Source: Chloroflexota bacterium (lineage in GTDB: Bacteria > Chloroflexota > Dehalococcoidia > UBA6926). Taken from it: DNA of 64,000 bases. The notes below the pieces were generated by a model, which did no database searches, was not told the origin of the DNA, and was given only the letters and a program-made list of their open reading frames with translations. Positions within the stretch are counted from its first letter, which is position 1, and each line of letters opens with the position of its first letter. Positions 1-11,618 of the stretch are shown in pieces. The stretch is taken from NCBI GenBank assembly GCA_026713485.1, contig JAPOOK010000036.1, forward strand, positions 579-64,578, read 5' to 3'. Both the position numbers and the translations under genes were made by a program.

Positions 1-1086
1 GACAACCTCGACCGCCTCGCCCGCTCCTCTCAAACCGGCCTGTCAATCCCCGTCGCGCACGGCATCACGCCCGGCAGCGGACCCGGCCACCTTGCTCTGT
101 TCGGCTACGACCCGATCAAGTACCTCATCGGCCGCGGCATCCTTGAAGCCCTCGGCCTCGACATGGACGTCCGTGACGGCGACGTTGCCGCCAGAGGTAA
201 CTTCTGCACCCTCGATGATGACGGCCTCATCATTGACCGCCGCGCAGGCCGCATCCCCACCGAGACCAACACGGAACTCACTACCCTGCTGAACGGCATC
301 TCCGTTGACAACGCCACGCCCATCGTGGCCTCCGGTCGCGAGCACCGCTTTGCCATGCTCTTCCGTCCCGAGGACGGCGGACCGCAGCTCAGCGACGCCC
401 TGACAGACAGCGACCCTCAACGAGAGGGATTGGCCCCCCTGACGGTCACAGCCACTGAGCCGTGGGCCGATAGTACCGCAGGCATCATCAATACATTCCT
501 TGAAAAAGCCGCCTCTGCTGTCGCCGACCGCCATCCCGCTAATGGCCTGGTTCTCAGAGGGTTCTCAACGACTCCGGATTTGCCGCAGATGTCCGACGTT
601 TACGGCCTGAATCCCGCCGCGATCGCCGCCTATCCCATGTACAGAGGCCTCGCCGAGCTCGTGGGCATGAACGTCGTCGAGACGGGCGATACCATCGAAG
701 ACCAGATCCGGACCACCAGAGACATCTGGAACAACCACGACTTCTTCTTCGTTCACTACAAGTACACGGACAGCGCAGGCGAGGACGGCGATTACGATGC
801 CAAGGTGGCCGCCATTGAACGGCTCGACAATGCCCTGCCCGCCCTGTTGGACCTGGACCCCGATGTTCTGGTTGTGGCAGGCGACCACTCAACCCCATCA
901 GCCATGGCCGCTCACAGCTGGCACCCGGTCCCCGTGATGATTCGCTCACGACATGTCACTGCCGGTTTCGCCGAGGCGTTCACGGAGCGGGAATGCGCGA
1001 AGGGTATGCTCGGAACCATGGCGGCGACGGACATCATGCCGTTGGCGCTCGCTAACGCCGGTAAACTGGACAAATTCGGCGCTTAA
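1..1086 (+). CDS. apgM: 2,3-bisphosphoglycerate-independent phosphoglycerate mutase, archaeal-type (ApgM family); 5' end lies outside the window
   Basis: The frame is open from nt 1 in frame with ORF 163..1086. Motifs GSGPGHLALFGYDP and VVAGDHSTPS match the metalloenzyme-type iPGM. It sits next to tpiA. Confidence 0.7.
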   Translation, partial: DNLDRLARSSQTGLSIPVAHGITPGSGPGHLALFGYDPIKYLIGRGILEALGLDMDVRDGDVAARGNFCTLDDDGLIIDRRAGRIPTETNTELTTLLNGISVDNATPIVASGREHRFAMLFRPEDGGPQLSDALTDSDPQREGLAPLTVTATEPWADSTAGIINTFLEKAASAVADRHPANGLVLRGFSTTPDLPQMSDVYGLNPAAIAAYPMYRGLAELVGMNVVETGDTIEDQIRTTRDIWNNHDFFFVHYKYTDSAGEDGDYDAKVAAIERLDNALPALLDLDPDVLVVAGDHSTPSAMAAHSWHPVPVMIRSRHVTAGFAEAFTERECAKGMLGTMAATDIMPLALANAGKLDKFGA

Positions 1087-1123
1087 ACCCCGCTTAAAAG
1101 CCCTACATTGTGAAAGAGAGCAC

Positions 1124-1894
<771 letters not shown>

Positions 1895-2050
1895 CGCCGG
1901 TTGCCCCGCGTCGTACGCCGGCCATCCCGCCTTCTTGTCTATACTGAACACGTGGAGTCGGCGAGCAGGAGTCTCTCCGTCTAGTAAAGCCAACTCACAG
2001 CGAGATCAGCATTAATCGGCCGTGTTCAATCACAGGAGGAAAGCACTAGC

Positions 2051-3046
2051 ATGTCCAACGGTTCCACCATTCGCATAGGTCTTGTCGGCGCGGGCCGATT
2101 TTCGCAACGGCGCGTTGTGCCTGAGCTCGCAAGAGTCCCGGGTGTCGAATTCGTCGCAGTAGCAAACAACAGCGCAGAATCGACCGCTCGAGTAGCCGAG
2201 CAATTCAGCGTCGCAACTCAGGCCTCCTCATGGCAGGATGTCGTTTCTTCCCCGGATGTTGATCTCATCTTCAATGGCACGCAAGCGCCGCAACATCGCG
2301 ATATCCTGCTTGGCGCGCTCGAAAACGGTAAGCATCTTCTTACCATGAATCCGCTGGCCATGACCGGTGCCGAGGGGCGTGAGATCGTTGCCGCGCTGGA
2401 AGCCCGACCGGAACTCAAAGCGCGACAGTATCCGGCGTTTCCCGGCGGTCCGTACGATCGTGAGGACGCGCTCGTTCTGCGGCTGCTTTCCTCGGGTCGC
2501 ATTGGCCGCGTTCTGAGTGCGGAGATGCAGTGGCACACGCCCTACCTCGCCTTTGGCAGCTACTTTGACATCCTGAATCGATGGCTGGGACAACACCAGC
2601 GTCTGTTGGTCGTTCGAAAGCAGCACGAGGTCGGCAATCGACGCGTTGGCTTCTCTGCCATCCTGGCGGACCTTGGCGACGACGTGGCCGTGCGCTACAC
2701 GCATGACAATCTCGCGCCACAAGCCACTCAGAACGCGCACATTGCGCTGCACGGCGAGGAAGGCACCATCACCATTGAGGCTTATCCTGCCGATCCGTTT
2801 TCGTCCGTGCGCATCGCTTCAGGCGACGGTGATGCTGAGGTCGTGCCGGTGCCGGACGATCTGAGACAGGCGTATGAGGACGAGAGGCGGGTCAATATCG
2901 AGGAGCAGTTTCTCGGATGGGTGATGGGCGGCGCGGAACCGACTCCACTCCTCCTGACCTTGCAGCAGGGCCTGCAATCCATTGACGCCGCGGAGGCGTT
3001 CGTCGCCTCAATGCGACAGGGCGGCGCGTGGGTAGAGTTGCCATAG
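2051..3046 (+). CDS. Gfo/Idh/MocA family NAD(P)-dependent oxidoreductase
   Basis: N-terminal Rossmann motif IGLVGAGRFSQRRVVPEL. RBS AGGAGGA is 8 nt upstream. Confidence 0.7.
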   Translation: MSNGSTIRIGLVGAGRFSQRRVVPELARVPGVEFVAVANNSAESTARVAEQFSVATQASSWQDVVSSPDVDLIFNGTQAPQHRDILLGALENGKHLLTMNPLAMTGAEGREIVAALEARPELKARQYPAFPGGPYDREDALVLRLLSSGRIGRVLSAEMQWHTPYLAFGSYFDILNRWLGQHQRLLVVRKQHEVGNRRVGFSAILADLGDDVAVRYTHDNLAPQATQNAHIALHGEEGTITIEAYPADPFSSVRIASGDGDAEVVPVPDDLRQAYEDERRVNIEEQFLGWVMGGAEPTPLLLTLQQGLQSIDAAEAFVASMRQGGAWVELP

Positions 3047-3098
3047 AGCCAGGTTTCCGCGCTTAGGCGCGCCACATTGAATAGGGCGAAATTCACCC

Positions 3099-4016
3099 AT
3101 GGGCACACCGGTCATTGCGCTTGTTGGGGCAACGGCGGTTGGAAAGTCAGCTGTAGCCGTAGCACTCGCTCGACGCATTGGCGGAGAGATTATCAATGCG
3201 GACAGCAGGCAGGTCTACCGCGGCATGGCGATCGGCACAGGCATACCTTCCGAGGATGAACGCAGCGGCGTTCCGCATCATCTCTATGGCATATCTGAGC
3301 CGGATGATGACTTTTCCCTGGGTCGGTTTCTCACTGCCGCCAAGTGCGCCATACAAGACATCCATGAGAGGGCAAGGACGCCAATCGTTGTAGGAGGCAC
3401 CGGTCAATACGTATGGGCGTTGCTTGAAGGATGGAATGTTCCAGAGGTGGCGCCGGACCCCGAATTGAGGCAGCAACTGATGGAGCGTGCCGAGGCCGAA
3501 GGGCGTGACACTCTGCATGAAGAACTCCGTCGTCTGGACCCCACCGCTGCGGAACTCATCCACCCCAACAACCTGATCCGCGCCATGCGTGCCCTTGAAG
3601 TTGTCAGGACGACAGGCCGCCCATTCTCCGAGCAGCGCACACAAACCCCTCCACCCTGGGACACACACATCGCAGGAGTCAGCATGGAGCGAGAGGCGCT
3701 GGATGTGCGTATTGAACAGCGCGTTGACCATCAGTTGGAGGCCGGTTGGGTTGACGAAGTTCGAGCTCTGTTAGCAGCTGGTTACTCACCATCGCTTTCG
3801 TCATTCCGCAGCATTGGCTACCGGGAAATAGCCACGCATATTGAAGGCCACATGCCGGTTGATGAGATTCGGCAGACCATCATCAGCAAAACACGCCGCT
3901 TTGCCCGAACACAATTTGCGTGGTTCCGCGCGGATGACGAGCGCATCACGTGGGTGGAGGCAGACGAGGTCTCTGAGCGGCCGTCAGAACAGATACAAGC
4001 TACGTTGGGACTCTGA
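3099..4016 (+). CDS. miaA: tRNA dimethylallyltransferase
   Basis: P-loop ALVGATAVGKSAVAV, INADSRQVYRGMAIGTG, and typical MiaA length. Confidence 0.85.
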   Translation: MGTPVIALVGATAVGKSAVAVALARRIGGEIINADSRQVYRGMAIGTGIPSEDERSGVPHHLYGISEPDDDFSLGRFLTAAKCAIQDIHERARTPIVVGGTGQYVWALLEGWNVPEVAPDPELRQQLMERAEAEGRDTLHEELRRLDPTAAELIHPNNLIRAMRALEVVRTTGRPFSEQRTQTPPPWDTHIAGVSMEREALDVRIEQRVDHQLEAGWVDEVRALLAAGYSPSLSSFRSIGYREIATHIEGHMPVDEIRQTIISKTRRFARTQFAWFRADDERITWVEADEVSERPSEQIQATLGL

Positions 4017-4042
4017 TCTGCAGACGACGGTATACTTGGCGC

Positions 4043-4918
4043 ATGAACTTCACGAAGATGCACGGTACAGGCAACGACTTCATCGTTGTTGAAGGCGGTC
4101 CCGCCGGGGCCGATTCCACGAATTGGCCTGATGTCGCACGCGCTGCATGTGACAGGCATTTCGGAGTCGGCGCAGATGGCATCCTCGTGATTCGCCCTTC
4201 AGATGACGCGGCCTTACGCATGCAGATCTTCAACCCGGACGGCTCCGAGGCGGAGATGTGTGGCAATGGAATCCGCTGCGTCACCAAATACGCCTTAGAG
4301 CGCGGCATCGTCGATGGCTCTGCGATCCGAAACGAGGCCGGTTTGCCAATCGAGACCCTCGGCGGGCTAATGACCGTCTGGCCGCAAAACGGCAGCGTGG
4401 GCGGAGCCATCGAGGCGGTGCGTGTCGGCATGGGCGCGCCAATACTGGAACCTCGGGAAATCCCTGTCGCCGTGAATGGCCCGGGACCTGTTCAGGGTCA
4501 CGGGCTAGAGGTAGGCGGCTACGCCCTTAGCCTTTCCTTTGTTTCCATGGGCAACCCACACGCCGTTGCGTTCATCGATACGCCGGTGGCTGATTTTCCA
4601 CTGGAGACCATCGGGCCGATGGTGGAGAACCATCCACTCTTCCCGGAGCGCGTCAACTTTGAGATCGTCAACGTGCAATCCCGCGAAACTATTACCATGC
4701 GCGTATGGGAACGCGGCGCGGGTCTCACCATGGCGTGCGGTACCGGAGCTTGCGCCGCGGTAGTCGCGGCACGGATCGCCGGCTTTGTAGACGACTGTGT
4801 GTCAGTGGAGTTGCCGGGTGGGGCGCTCACCATAGAGTGGGACGGCAACCAGGACAGCCAGGTCTACATGACCGGCCCTGCTACAACCGTCTACGCTGGC
4901 CAATTGCTCACGAGCTAG
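4043..4918 (+). CDS. dapF: diaminopimelate epimerase
   Basis: MNFTKMHGTGNDFIVV N-terminus. GNGIRC and ACGTGACA catalytic cysteine motifs. Confidence 0.9.
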   Translation: MNFTKMHGTGNDFIVVEGGPAGADSTNWPDVARAACDRHFGVGADGILVIRPSDDAALRMQIFNPDGSEAEMCGNGIRCVTKYALERGIVDGSAIRNEAGLPIETLGGLMTVWPQNGSVGGAIEAVRVGMGAPILEPREIPVAVNGPGPVQGHGLEVGGYALSLSFVSMGNPHAVAFIDTPVADFPLETIGPMVENHPLFPERVNFEIVNVQSRETITMRVWERGAGLTMACGTGACAAVVAARIAGFVDDCVSVELPGGALTIEWDGNQDSQVYMTGPATTVYAGQLLTS

Positions 4919-6206
4919 ACCGCCCCGCAGTTCCCGACTCAACGTAGGTCCCCGCGAGCCGAGCGGGCAGTTGTGGTCGCTTCATCGTCAGATACATATA
5001 CAGCGAAATGATGGCCATGAGGCCCAGCCCGAAGAACGCCCATCGGTAGCCGTCCGCCCCGTAAGTGTCATACATGTATCCGGCGAGGATTGGGGCAAAA
5101 ACCCCCCCAATTGACGTAAATGTAAACTGCAGTCCGAGCAACCGACCATAGACCTGCCGCCCAAAGAGTTCACCGAGCAAGGCAGATCGTGGTGGGTTTC
5201 CGAGGCCAAACCCGAATCCGAAGAACACAGCGAAGAGAACACCCGTTATCGGGTCACGGGCGATAAAGAAGAGTACTGCTCCTATAATCTGCAGGGCAAA
5301 GGAGACCGCGACGATCTTGCGCTTGTCATAGATGTCTGCAAGCACTCCACCGAGGATACGGGCAGGAAAACTGGAGAGCGGAAGGAGTGTCGCCAGCGCC
5401 GCCGCCCACCATGGGCTTAAACCGAAAGATTTCCACACGATAATTTGGTGAATGATGAATGAACCGAAGAATATGAAGCCAAAAACGTTCGCAACCACGT
5501 ATTTCCAGTACGTCGTTGTCTTGATCGCCTCTTTTACTGTGAACGTCGTATCCGCATAGCGGTCGTCCGTATCCATTTCGGCACTTCGGGCCGCCTGCTC
5601 TTCGCTGACTCCGTCCGGCCTGAGTCCATATTTCTCCGGCGCATCGCGCATCAAGAATCCAAGTGGCAACCCGACAATAAACGTTGTGAACCCGAGATAC
5701 AGCAGCGCTTCCCGCCAGGTGAACACTGCGATTAGAGCAACGACAACCGGCACCAGCAGGGCACTCGCACCCGCTCCGTAGGACACGATGGCCATGGCGG
5801 TGCCACGCCGACGGATGAACCAGGAATTGACGGCGGTGTTAACCGTGAGGAAGGAGCCGAACGCGAGGCCAAGGGCCATCACTGCGAAGGCGGCGAAGAA
5901 TTGCCACAACTCCTGGATGTAACTCAGTCCGATGAATCCACACCCGAGAATAAACATGCCGCTCATAACTGATTTGCGCGGCCCGAAACGGTCCACAACA
6001 TAGCCAACGAATGGACCGAAAATACCCTGTTCCGTCCGCTGAAATGCGAAGGCAATGGAAGCCACAGCAGTCGGCCATCCAAACTCATCAATAATCTCTG
6101 CAAAGAACGGCGCAAAGCCGTAGAAGAAAACGCCGGCCGTGTAGAAGAGGACGCCGAAGCTGGCAATCGCCAACCACCAGCCGTAGAAGACGCGGTTGGG
6201 GTGCAT
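4908..6206 (-). CDS. MFS transporter (paralog 1 of 4)
   Basis: 432 aa with about 12 predicted TM helices. N-terminal RVFYGWW motif is shared with ORFs 6311..7600 and 7597..8889. Confidence 0.75.
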   Translation of the reverse strand: MHPNRVFYGWWLAIASFGVLFYTAGVFFYGFAPFFAEIIDEFGWPTAVASIAFAFQRTEQGIFGPFVGYVVDRFGPRKSVMSGMFILGCGFIGLSYIQELWQFFAAFAVMALGLAFGSFLTVNTAVNSWFIRRRGTAMAIVSYGAGASALLVPVVVALIAVFTWREALLYLGFTTFIVGLPLGFLMRDAPEKYGLRPDGVSEEQAARSAEMDTDDRYADTTFTVKEAIKTTTYWKYVVANVFGFIFFGSFIIHQIIVWKSFGLSPWWAAALATLLPLSSFPARILGGVLADIYDKRKIVAVSFALQIIGAVLFFIARDPITGVLFAVFFGFGFGLGNPPRSALLGELFGRQVYGRLLGLQFTFTSIGGVFAPILAGYMYDTYGADGYRWAFFGLGLMAIISLYMYLTMKRPQLPARLAGTYVESGTAGRSSS

Positions 6207-6310
6207 CAGAACCGATACTGCTGCGTTAACGGCGACCTCCCAACAAAAACCAAAGCCCGCGAACGGGCGGATTGAATTTCAGTATAGACCCGCAACCTGT
6301 AGCATGTGGT

Positions 6311-7600
6311 TCAGGGTGCGGCGGATGCTTGCGGGCGTGGCCGTGACACAGTCAGCGTCAGTGGTATGGACATACTCAGGATTACGGCGACAACTATAAA
6401 CCCAATTACATAGCTTTCCGTCTGGTCGTAAAGCCAGCCGATGGCAATTGGTGACGCGATGGCCGGCAGTGACGCCAGCCCCTGTTGAATACCGGAAACG
6501 CGGCCAAATATGGACAGTCCCCAATACTCCGCCTGAAGAGCCAGCCGCACCGACGATTGCGAACCGATCGCGCTTCCCAGGAGGAATCCGGCGAGTATCG
6601 TCAACCACGGCACTGTTGACATGGGTATCAGCACGATTGCGATTGCCTGCACGGTGATCCCCGCTGCAAGCACTAGTCGCTTATCAATGTAGTCGGCCAC
6701 CGTTCCGGCGATGACACGAATGGGAATGCTTGACGATGTCTGCCAGGCAAACATGAAGGCGATGAACCCCTTGGAGAATCCGTTCTCCTGTAGGATGAGG
6801 GCTTCAAACGTGATGATTGACCAAGATGCACCCAGCAACGCGCTGGCCGTCACATACTGCCAGTAACCCCTGCTCCTCAGGACATCCCGAAGCGTGAAGT
6901 TGGCCTCCGGCAAGATAGTCGCACGGGATGACGGCGCAGTTGGGTCCACGGGTGCTTCGCCGCCGTCCGGCTCCATGCCGTAGTCCTGCGGCCTGTTGCG
7001 GATGAGCGGGATTAGAAGCGCGCCCACTACCCAGAAACCCACTCCCGCGCCAAACAGGACAGATCGCCATCCGAATTCCGGGATAATCCACGCCCACGCG
7101 CCGGCGAGCAGGCCCGACATACCGGGTCCAACCAACATGATGCCGTTGGCCCGGCCGCGGTATCGCCTGAACCACGCGTTGATGGCCGCCGCCGTCACCG
7201 TGAATGAGCCCGCGCTGAGACCAAAAGCCAGGATGATGAAGACTCCGTAGTACTGCCAGATGTTCTCGACCTGGCTCATCAACATGCAGCCGCCACCCGC
7301 GACAAAATAACCAACGACCAGAACCTTGCGTGGGCCGAACCTGTCTACGAGATAGCCCGTTAGCGGTGCGCTGATTCCCGATTCCAGCCGCTGAAGTGAC
7401 GGCCCAATGCCGGCCAGCGCCTGCGACCATCCAAAGTGTCTGACCATCGCAGCGAAAAAGTTGGAGAAACCCCAGAAGCCGATGCCGTCCGTGTAAGCCG
7501 CGAGGCCCGTACCTGCCAACGTCACCCACCAACCGTAGAAGACCTGCCTGGGATGCCGCGCAAACATCCACGCGGTCATGACGACCTTCTCGGTTCTCAC
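6311..7600 (-). CDS. MFS transporter (paralog 2 of 4)
   Basis: 429 aa, RQVFYGWW motif, hydrophobic profile. Its start overlaps the stop of the upstream paralog by 4 nt. Confidence 0.75.
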   Translation of the reverse strand: MRTEKVVMTAWMFARHPRQVFYGWWVTLAGTGLAAYTDGIGFWGFSNFFAAMVRHFGWSQALAGIGPSLQRLESGISAPLTGYLVDRFGPRKVLVVGYFVAGGGCMLMSQVENIWQYYGVFIILAFGLSAGSFTVTAAAINAWFRRYRGRANGIMLVGPGMSGLLAGAWAWIIPEFGWRSVLFGAGVGFWVVGALLIPLIRNRPQDYGMEPDGGEAPVDPTAPSSRATILPEANFTLRDVLRSRGYWQYVTASALLGASWSIITFEALILQENGFSKGFIAFMFAWQTSSSIPIRVIAGTVADYIDKRLVLAAGITVQAIAIVLIPMSTVPWLTILAGFLLGSAIGSQSSVRLALQAEYWGLSIFGRVSGIQQGLASLPAIASPIAIGWLYDQTESYVIGFIVVAVILSMSIPLTLTVSRPRPQASAAP

Positions 7601-8889
7601 GTAGCGAGTCTCACGGAGTCGGCAGTTCCACTATGTGGGCGGTTCATAAGGAGGACCATCACCACCGCAAGGGCAAGAGGAAGCACAACAGTCATAAACG
7701 CTATGCGGTAATCGTAAGCGTCTGCTAGCCAGCCGACCAGCACCGGTGAAATCAGTCCGCCAACGGCCCCTGCCCCAACCTGCAAGCCCATCAGAGAACC
7801 AAAGATGCCGCGCCCCCAGTACTCGCCCTGTAAAGATAATCGCGCGGCATTGCTGCCTCCCCATCCCGTGCCGTAGATAACCTCAAAGAGGATGGCCACC
7901 CAGATGTTGGCGACGAAGATAAACAGGATGCCCCCGGCGAGCTGGAAGCTCAACATTGTCGCCACGACAAGTTTCTTGTTGAATCTGTCCGCGAGCGCTC
8001 CGGAGAAGAATCGCATTGGGATGCTGGCGATGGTAAAGACGACAACCATCGCGCCCGCCGTTTCGACAGAGAAGCCGTAGCTTACGAGTGCGGGGATGTG
8101 GTGGACAACCATCGCGGTGATAGCTATTTGTTGCATAGAAAGCGCGCCTACATAAAGCAGGTAAGACCGACTGAGCAGGATTGAACGCACTCCCCCTGGC
8201 ATCGGCTCCGGCTCAGCCACCGTGGAGGATTCCCCGCTTTCGGAGACATCCCCCTCGGGCGGGTCGCCGTCCATGCGGAGGCCGTAGTGCTCGGGACGTC
8301 GACGCAGGACCAGGGCGAGCGGGACGCATGTAATCCACGTGCCGATTCCGGTGAAGAGAGCGGCATCCCGCCATCCGTATTCGCGGATCAGCACCACGAG
8401 CAAGGCCGTGATGATGCCTGCAAAGCCCGGCCCCATGAAGGTCAGGCCGAGGGCTTTACCGCGATTGCGCAGGAACCAGTTGCTGACGGCCGTCGCGACC
8501 ATGACGTAGGATGTCGCCCCCATGCCGCTGCCGATGAGGATAAACGCGACATAGTACTGCCATGCATGATCCACGCGACTCAGAACGATGAAACCCGCCC
8601 CGCCAAGGAACATGCCAATCGCAGTGACAAAACGTGGGCCAAGGCGGTCGGTCAGGAAACCGATCGTTGGGCTGAACACGGCGGTCTGCAGAGCGAGTAT
8701 CGCGGGGCCGAGCGAAACCTGCGCGCGCGACCAGTTCAGATCGAGTCGGATGCTGTCAAAGAACGCGCTGAACCCAAAGAAACTGACGCCCGTCGTCCAG
8801 AACATCAGGTACAGGCCGGAGAGGGCCATCCACCACCCATAGAACAGGCGCGGACGACGCCGGCGTGGGGCTGAGACGTCGGCCGTCAT
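7597..8889 (-). CDS. MFS transporter (paralog 3 of 4)
   Basis: 430 aa, RLFYGWW and SILLSRSYLL motifs. 4-nt overlaps on both sides, so translationally coupled. Confidence 0.75.
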   Translation of the reverse strand: MTADVSAPRRRRPRLFYGWWMALSGLYLMFWTTGVSFFGFSAFFDSIRLDLNWSRAQVSLGPAILALQTAVFSPTIGFLTDRLGPRFVTAIGMFLGGAGFIVLSRVDHAWQYYVAFILIGSGMGATSYVMVATAVSNWFLRNRGKALGLTFMGPGFAGIITALLVVLIREYGWRDAALFTGIGTWITCVPLALVLRRRPEHYGLRMDGDPPEGDVSESGESSTVAEPEPMPGGVRSILLSRSYLLYVGALSMQQIAITAMVVHHIPALVSYGFSVETAGAMVVVFTIASIPMRFFSGALADRFNKKLVVATMLSFQLAGGILFIFVANIWVAILFEVIYGTGWGGSNAARLSLQGEYWGRGIFGSLMGLQVGAGAVGGLISPVLVGWLADAYDYRIAFMTVVLPLALAVVMVLLMNRPHSGTADSVRLAT

Positions 8890-10340
8890 ACCGCCACCTG
8901 CGGTTCACTCCCAGCCGTTGCGTTTCCGTACTGCGGCCGCTTTATGAGCAGGATCAGGACAAGGGCAATTGCGAGAAGCAAGAGAATCACCAGAGGCAAC
9001 ACAATAAACGGAATAAGGGGATCTCTCTCGTACATTGAGGGGGGCAAGAGTTGCGCTCCTATGAGTGCCCCTATCAGAGTTGCACTAGCGAGGAGTCCAA
9101 GACTCAGGCCAAAGTACTTCAATCCCCAGTACTCGGACAGCAGCGACAGGGTCGCGGCGCTAAGCGCCCCGACGCCAGTACCAGCAACAATGCCAAAACA
9201 GACTTCAGACCAGCCGTCAATCGGAATAGCCGCGGCCAAGAAGAAGACTAGTTGCAGGCTAATACCAACCAATATTGCCTTGCGGCTACCAAGTCTGTCT
9301 GCGAGAACGCCGGTGAGGAAGAGCGCTGCCGCGCCGGGTAACATAATTCCCATCCGAGGAAAGTCCATGGGCCACATCGAAAGGGAATTATGTACAGGGG
9401 CATATGCCAAATGGGCCATCGTAAAGCCTATGCCAATTGCAGATGGTAGAACGAATAGCGTACTTGCCTGAAGTGCGCATGCAGCAAGCACCAGTAAGTA
9501 TGAACGGCTAAGCAGAATAGAGCGCAGCGGCGCTGCTGGCTCGGGGATAGATCCTGCATTAGAGCTCTGCTCATCGACCTCCGCCACATCCTCCGTATCA
9601 AGAAGTCCTTCTCTACGGCCAGATGAATCATCGGAAGGGTGATGCTTCAGAAAGAGATATGCAGGAATGATGCCCAAAGCCAACATTACACTTACGTCGA
9701 TGAGTACAAGAGCGTGGGGCTCCCTAACGTCGGGCCAGACACCCCGAGTAAAGTCGAACGGGAGGAGCCAGTAGAATACGCGGTGGATCTGGAAACGGAA
9801 CATCGGCACTAACGGCGCAAGCATGACACCGGCCAACAACACGGCAAGTGCCTTGGCGCGATGTTGCTTGAACCTTGCCGTTACGGACTTTGCGAAGGCA
9901 ATTAGTAGAACCCCGCCGATGACTCCCATGGTCAAGAGCCACGAGAGAAAAAGGAGCCATGTCTCTTCCAGGAATTCGGAGGCCGCGAATACAATTGCAG
10001 ACCCGATCAGCATCGGCATGACAATGACTAGAGAACCCCGTCGGTCAACTGCATAGCCGATCAGCGGTGCCAAGGCGAGAGTGACGCCCGCCAGAACATA
10101 GAATTCGAGTTCCCTGGGAAACCAATCGGAATCTCTCCTAAGTCCCCACTGCCAGCCGTCGTAGAAGCCATCCTGCAGGCGAGTCACGACGGCCAGCAGG
10201 AAGAACCCCAGTATCACAACCAACCAGCCACGGTGGATGTGGCGAGTGAGCCATTCAGGGAGCAGAGGTTCCGTGCCATAATCCTCGTCCTGTTCGTTCA
10301 TGCCCCATGCTAGGCGCGGGCGCTCGCCAAACACAAACAT
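8886..10340 (-). CDS. divergent MFS-like membrane protein (paralog 4 of 4, extended and degenerate N-terminal half)
   Basis: 484 aa. C-terminal half shares SILLSRSYLL and the overall motif order with paralog 3. N-terminal half lacks the FYGWW motif. The start codon is uncertain (alternative M at about 10301). Confidence 0.55.
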   Translation of the reverse strand: MFVFGERPRLAWGMNEQDEDYGTEPLLPEWLTRHIHRGWLVVILGFFLLAVVTRLQDGFYDGWQWGLRRDSDWFPRELEFYVLAGVTLALAPLIGYAVDRRGSLVIVMPMLIGSAIVFAASEFLEETWLLFLSWLLTMGVIGGVLLIAFAKSVTARFKQHRAKALAVLLAGVMLAPLVPMFRFQIHRVFYWLLPFDFTRGVWPDVREPHALVLIDVSVMLALGIIPAYLFLKHHPSDDSSGRREGLLDTEDVAEVDEQSSNAGSIPEPAAPLRSILLSRSYLLVLAACALQASTLFVLPSAIGIGFTMAHLAYAPVHNSLSMWPMDFPRMGIMLPGAAALFLTGVLADRLGSRKAILVGISLQLVFFLAAAIPIDGWSEVCFGIVAGTGVGALSAATLSLLSEYWGLKYFGLSLGLLASATLIGALIGAQLLPPSMYERDPLIPFIVLPLVILLLLAIALVLILLIKRPQYGNATAGSEPQVAV

Positions 10341-10422
10341 AAGTTGGCAGTCGGCTTGATTGCTACAATAGGTTTCAGTGCGCAGTCACTCGCAGTTCAG
10401 GTAACAGAGGAGACCCAGCCGA

Positions 10423-11604
10423 ATGCCACTACCAGAGCAGGCGCGCCGCGTCGCGCAGTTGCCCCCGTATCTCTTTGTGGAGGTCACGCGCAAGATCAAT
10501 GAGAAGCGCGCCCGTGGCGAGGACGTGATATCCCTCGCCATCGGCGACCCTGACCTGCCCACTCCTCCCCATATCATCAGCTCGCTCGTCACATCTTTGG
10601 AGGACGTGGCGAATCACCGCTACCCGGAGTCGGACGGTCTGCCTGCATTCAGGCGCTCGGTCGCCGACTGGTACAAGAAGCGGTTTGGTGTGGAATTCGA
10701 CCCGGATACCGAAGTCCTCCCGACGATCGGCTCAAAGGAGGGAATTGCTCACATCGCGTGGTGTTACCTGGATCAAGGCGACATTGCGCTGGTGCCTGAT
10801 CCCGGCTACCCCGTCTACAGCGTCGGGACGATGCTGGCCGGCGGAGAATCCTATTACATGCCGCTGCAACGGGAGACCGGCTTTCTTCCTGATTTGGACG
10901 CTATCCCGGAGGACGTGGCCCGAAAGGCCAAACTCCTATGGATCAATTATCCGAACAACCCTACGGCCGCTGTTGCAGAACTCGACTTCTATGAGCGCGT
11001 CGTGGAGTTTGCAAAGAAGTACGACATCGTCGTTTGCCACGACGGCCCTTATACGGAGGTCGCATTTGACGGCTACAAGCCGGTGAGCTTCATGCAGGTG
11101 GACGGGGCAAAGGACGTGGGCATTGAGTTTCACTCGCTGTCTAAGTCCTACAACATGACCGGCTGGCGCATCGGCATGACCGTCGGAAACGCGGAAGTCA
11201 CCAACGCGCTGATGCGCATCAAATCAAATGTGGACTCAGGCGTCTTTCAGGCCGTGCAGTTGGCCGGCATCGCCGCCCTCGAGGGGCCGCAGGACATCAT
11301 CGACCACCACAACGCCGTCTACCAGGCGAGGCGCGATCGACTCATCCCTGCCCTGCGGAAGATGGGGCTTGAGGTAGATCCGCCCAAGGCAAGTCTGTAC
11401 GTCTGGGCCAAGCTACCGGACGGGGTATTGTCCGGTGAATTCGCGTCCCGTCTCATAGAAGAGGCGAACGTGGTTGTTACACCCGGCCGCGGCTACGGCG
11501 AGTGGGGCGAAGGGTTCATCCGCTGCTCGCTGACCGTCGGAGACGACGCCCTTGACCGCGCGCTGGAGAGGTTGGGCAACGTCAACATCTCTGATCTAGT
11601 CTAG
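10423..11604 (+). CDS. dapL: LL-diaminopimelate aminotransferase (class I/II aminotransferase, DapL-type)
   Basis: N-terminus [36 protein letters not shown] is characteristic of Dap[16 protein letters not shown]-lysine motif. Located near dapF. Confidence 0.8.
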   Translation: MPLPEQARRVAQLPPYLFVEVTRKINEKRARGEDVISLAIGDPDLPTPPHIISSLVTSLEDVANHRYPESDGLPAFRRSVADWYKKRFGVEFDPDTEVLPTIGSKEGIAHIAWCYLDQGDIALVPDPGYPVYSVGTMLAGGESYYMPLQRETGFLPDLDAIPEDVARKAKLLWINYPNNPTAAVAELDFYERVVEFAKKYDIVVCHDGPYTEVAFDGYKPVSFMQVDGAKDVGIEFHSLSKSYNMTGWRIGMTVGNAEVTNALMRIKSNVDSGVFQAVQLAGIAALEGPQDIIDHHNAVYQARRDRLIPALRKMGLEVDPPKASLYVWAKLPDGVLSGEFASRLIEEANVVVTPGRGYGEWGEGFIRCSLTVGDDALDRALERLGNVNISDLV

Positions 11605-11618
11605 ACGGACGAAAAGAC

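Noticed and set aside
6804-7571. 255-aa ORF on the other frame within the MFS paralog 2 region
   Set aside because: Overlaps a well-supported 12-TM MFS gene entirely. Composition is Gly/Arg-rich nonsense. A shadow ORF.
10341-10422. Candidate divergent promoter (TTGGCA ... TACAAT) between MFS paralog 4 and dapL
   Set aside because: The -35/-10 spacing is only about 14 nt, so the match to a sigma-70 promoter is poor. Not reported as a feature.
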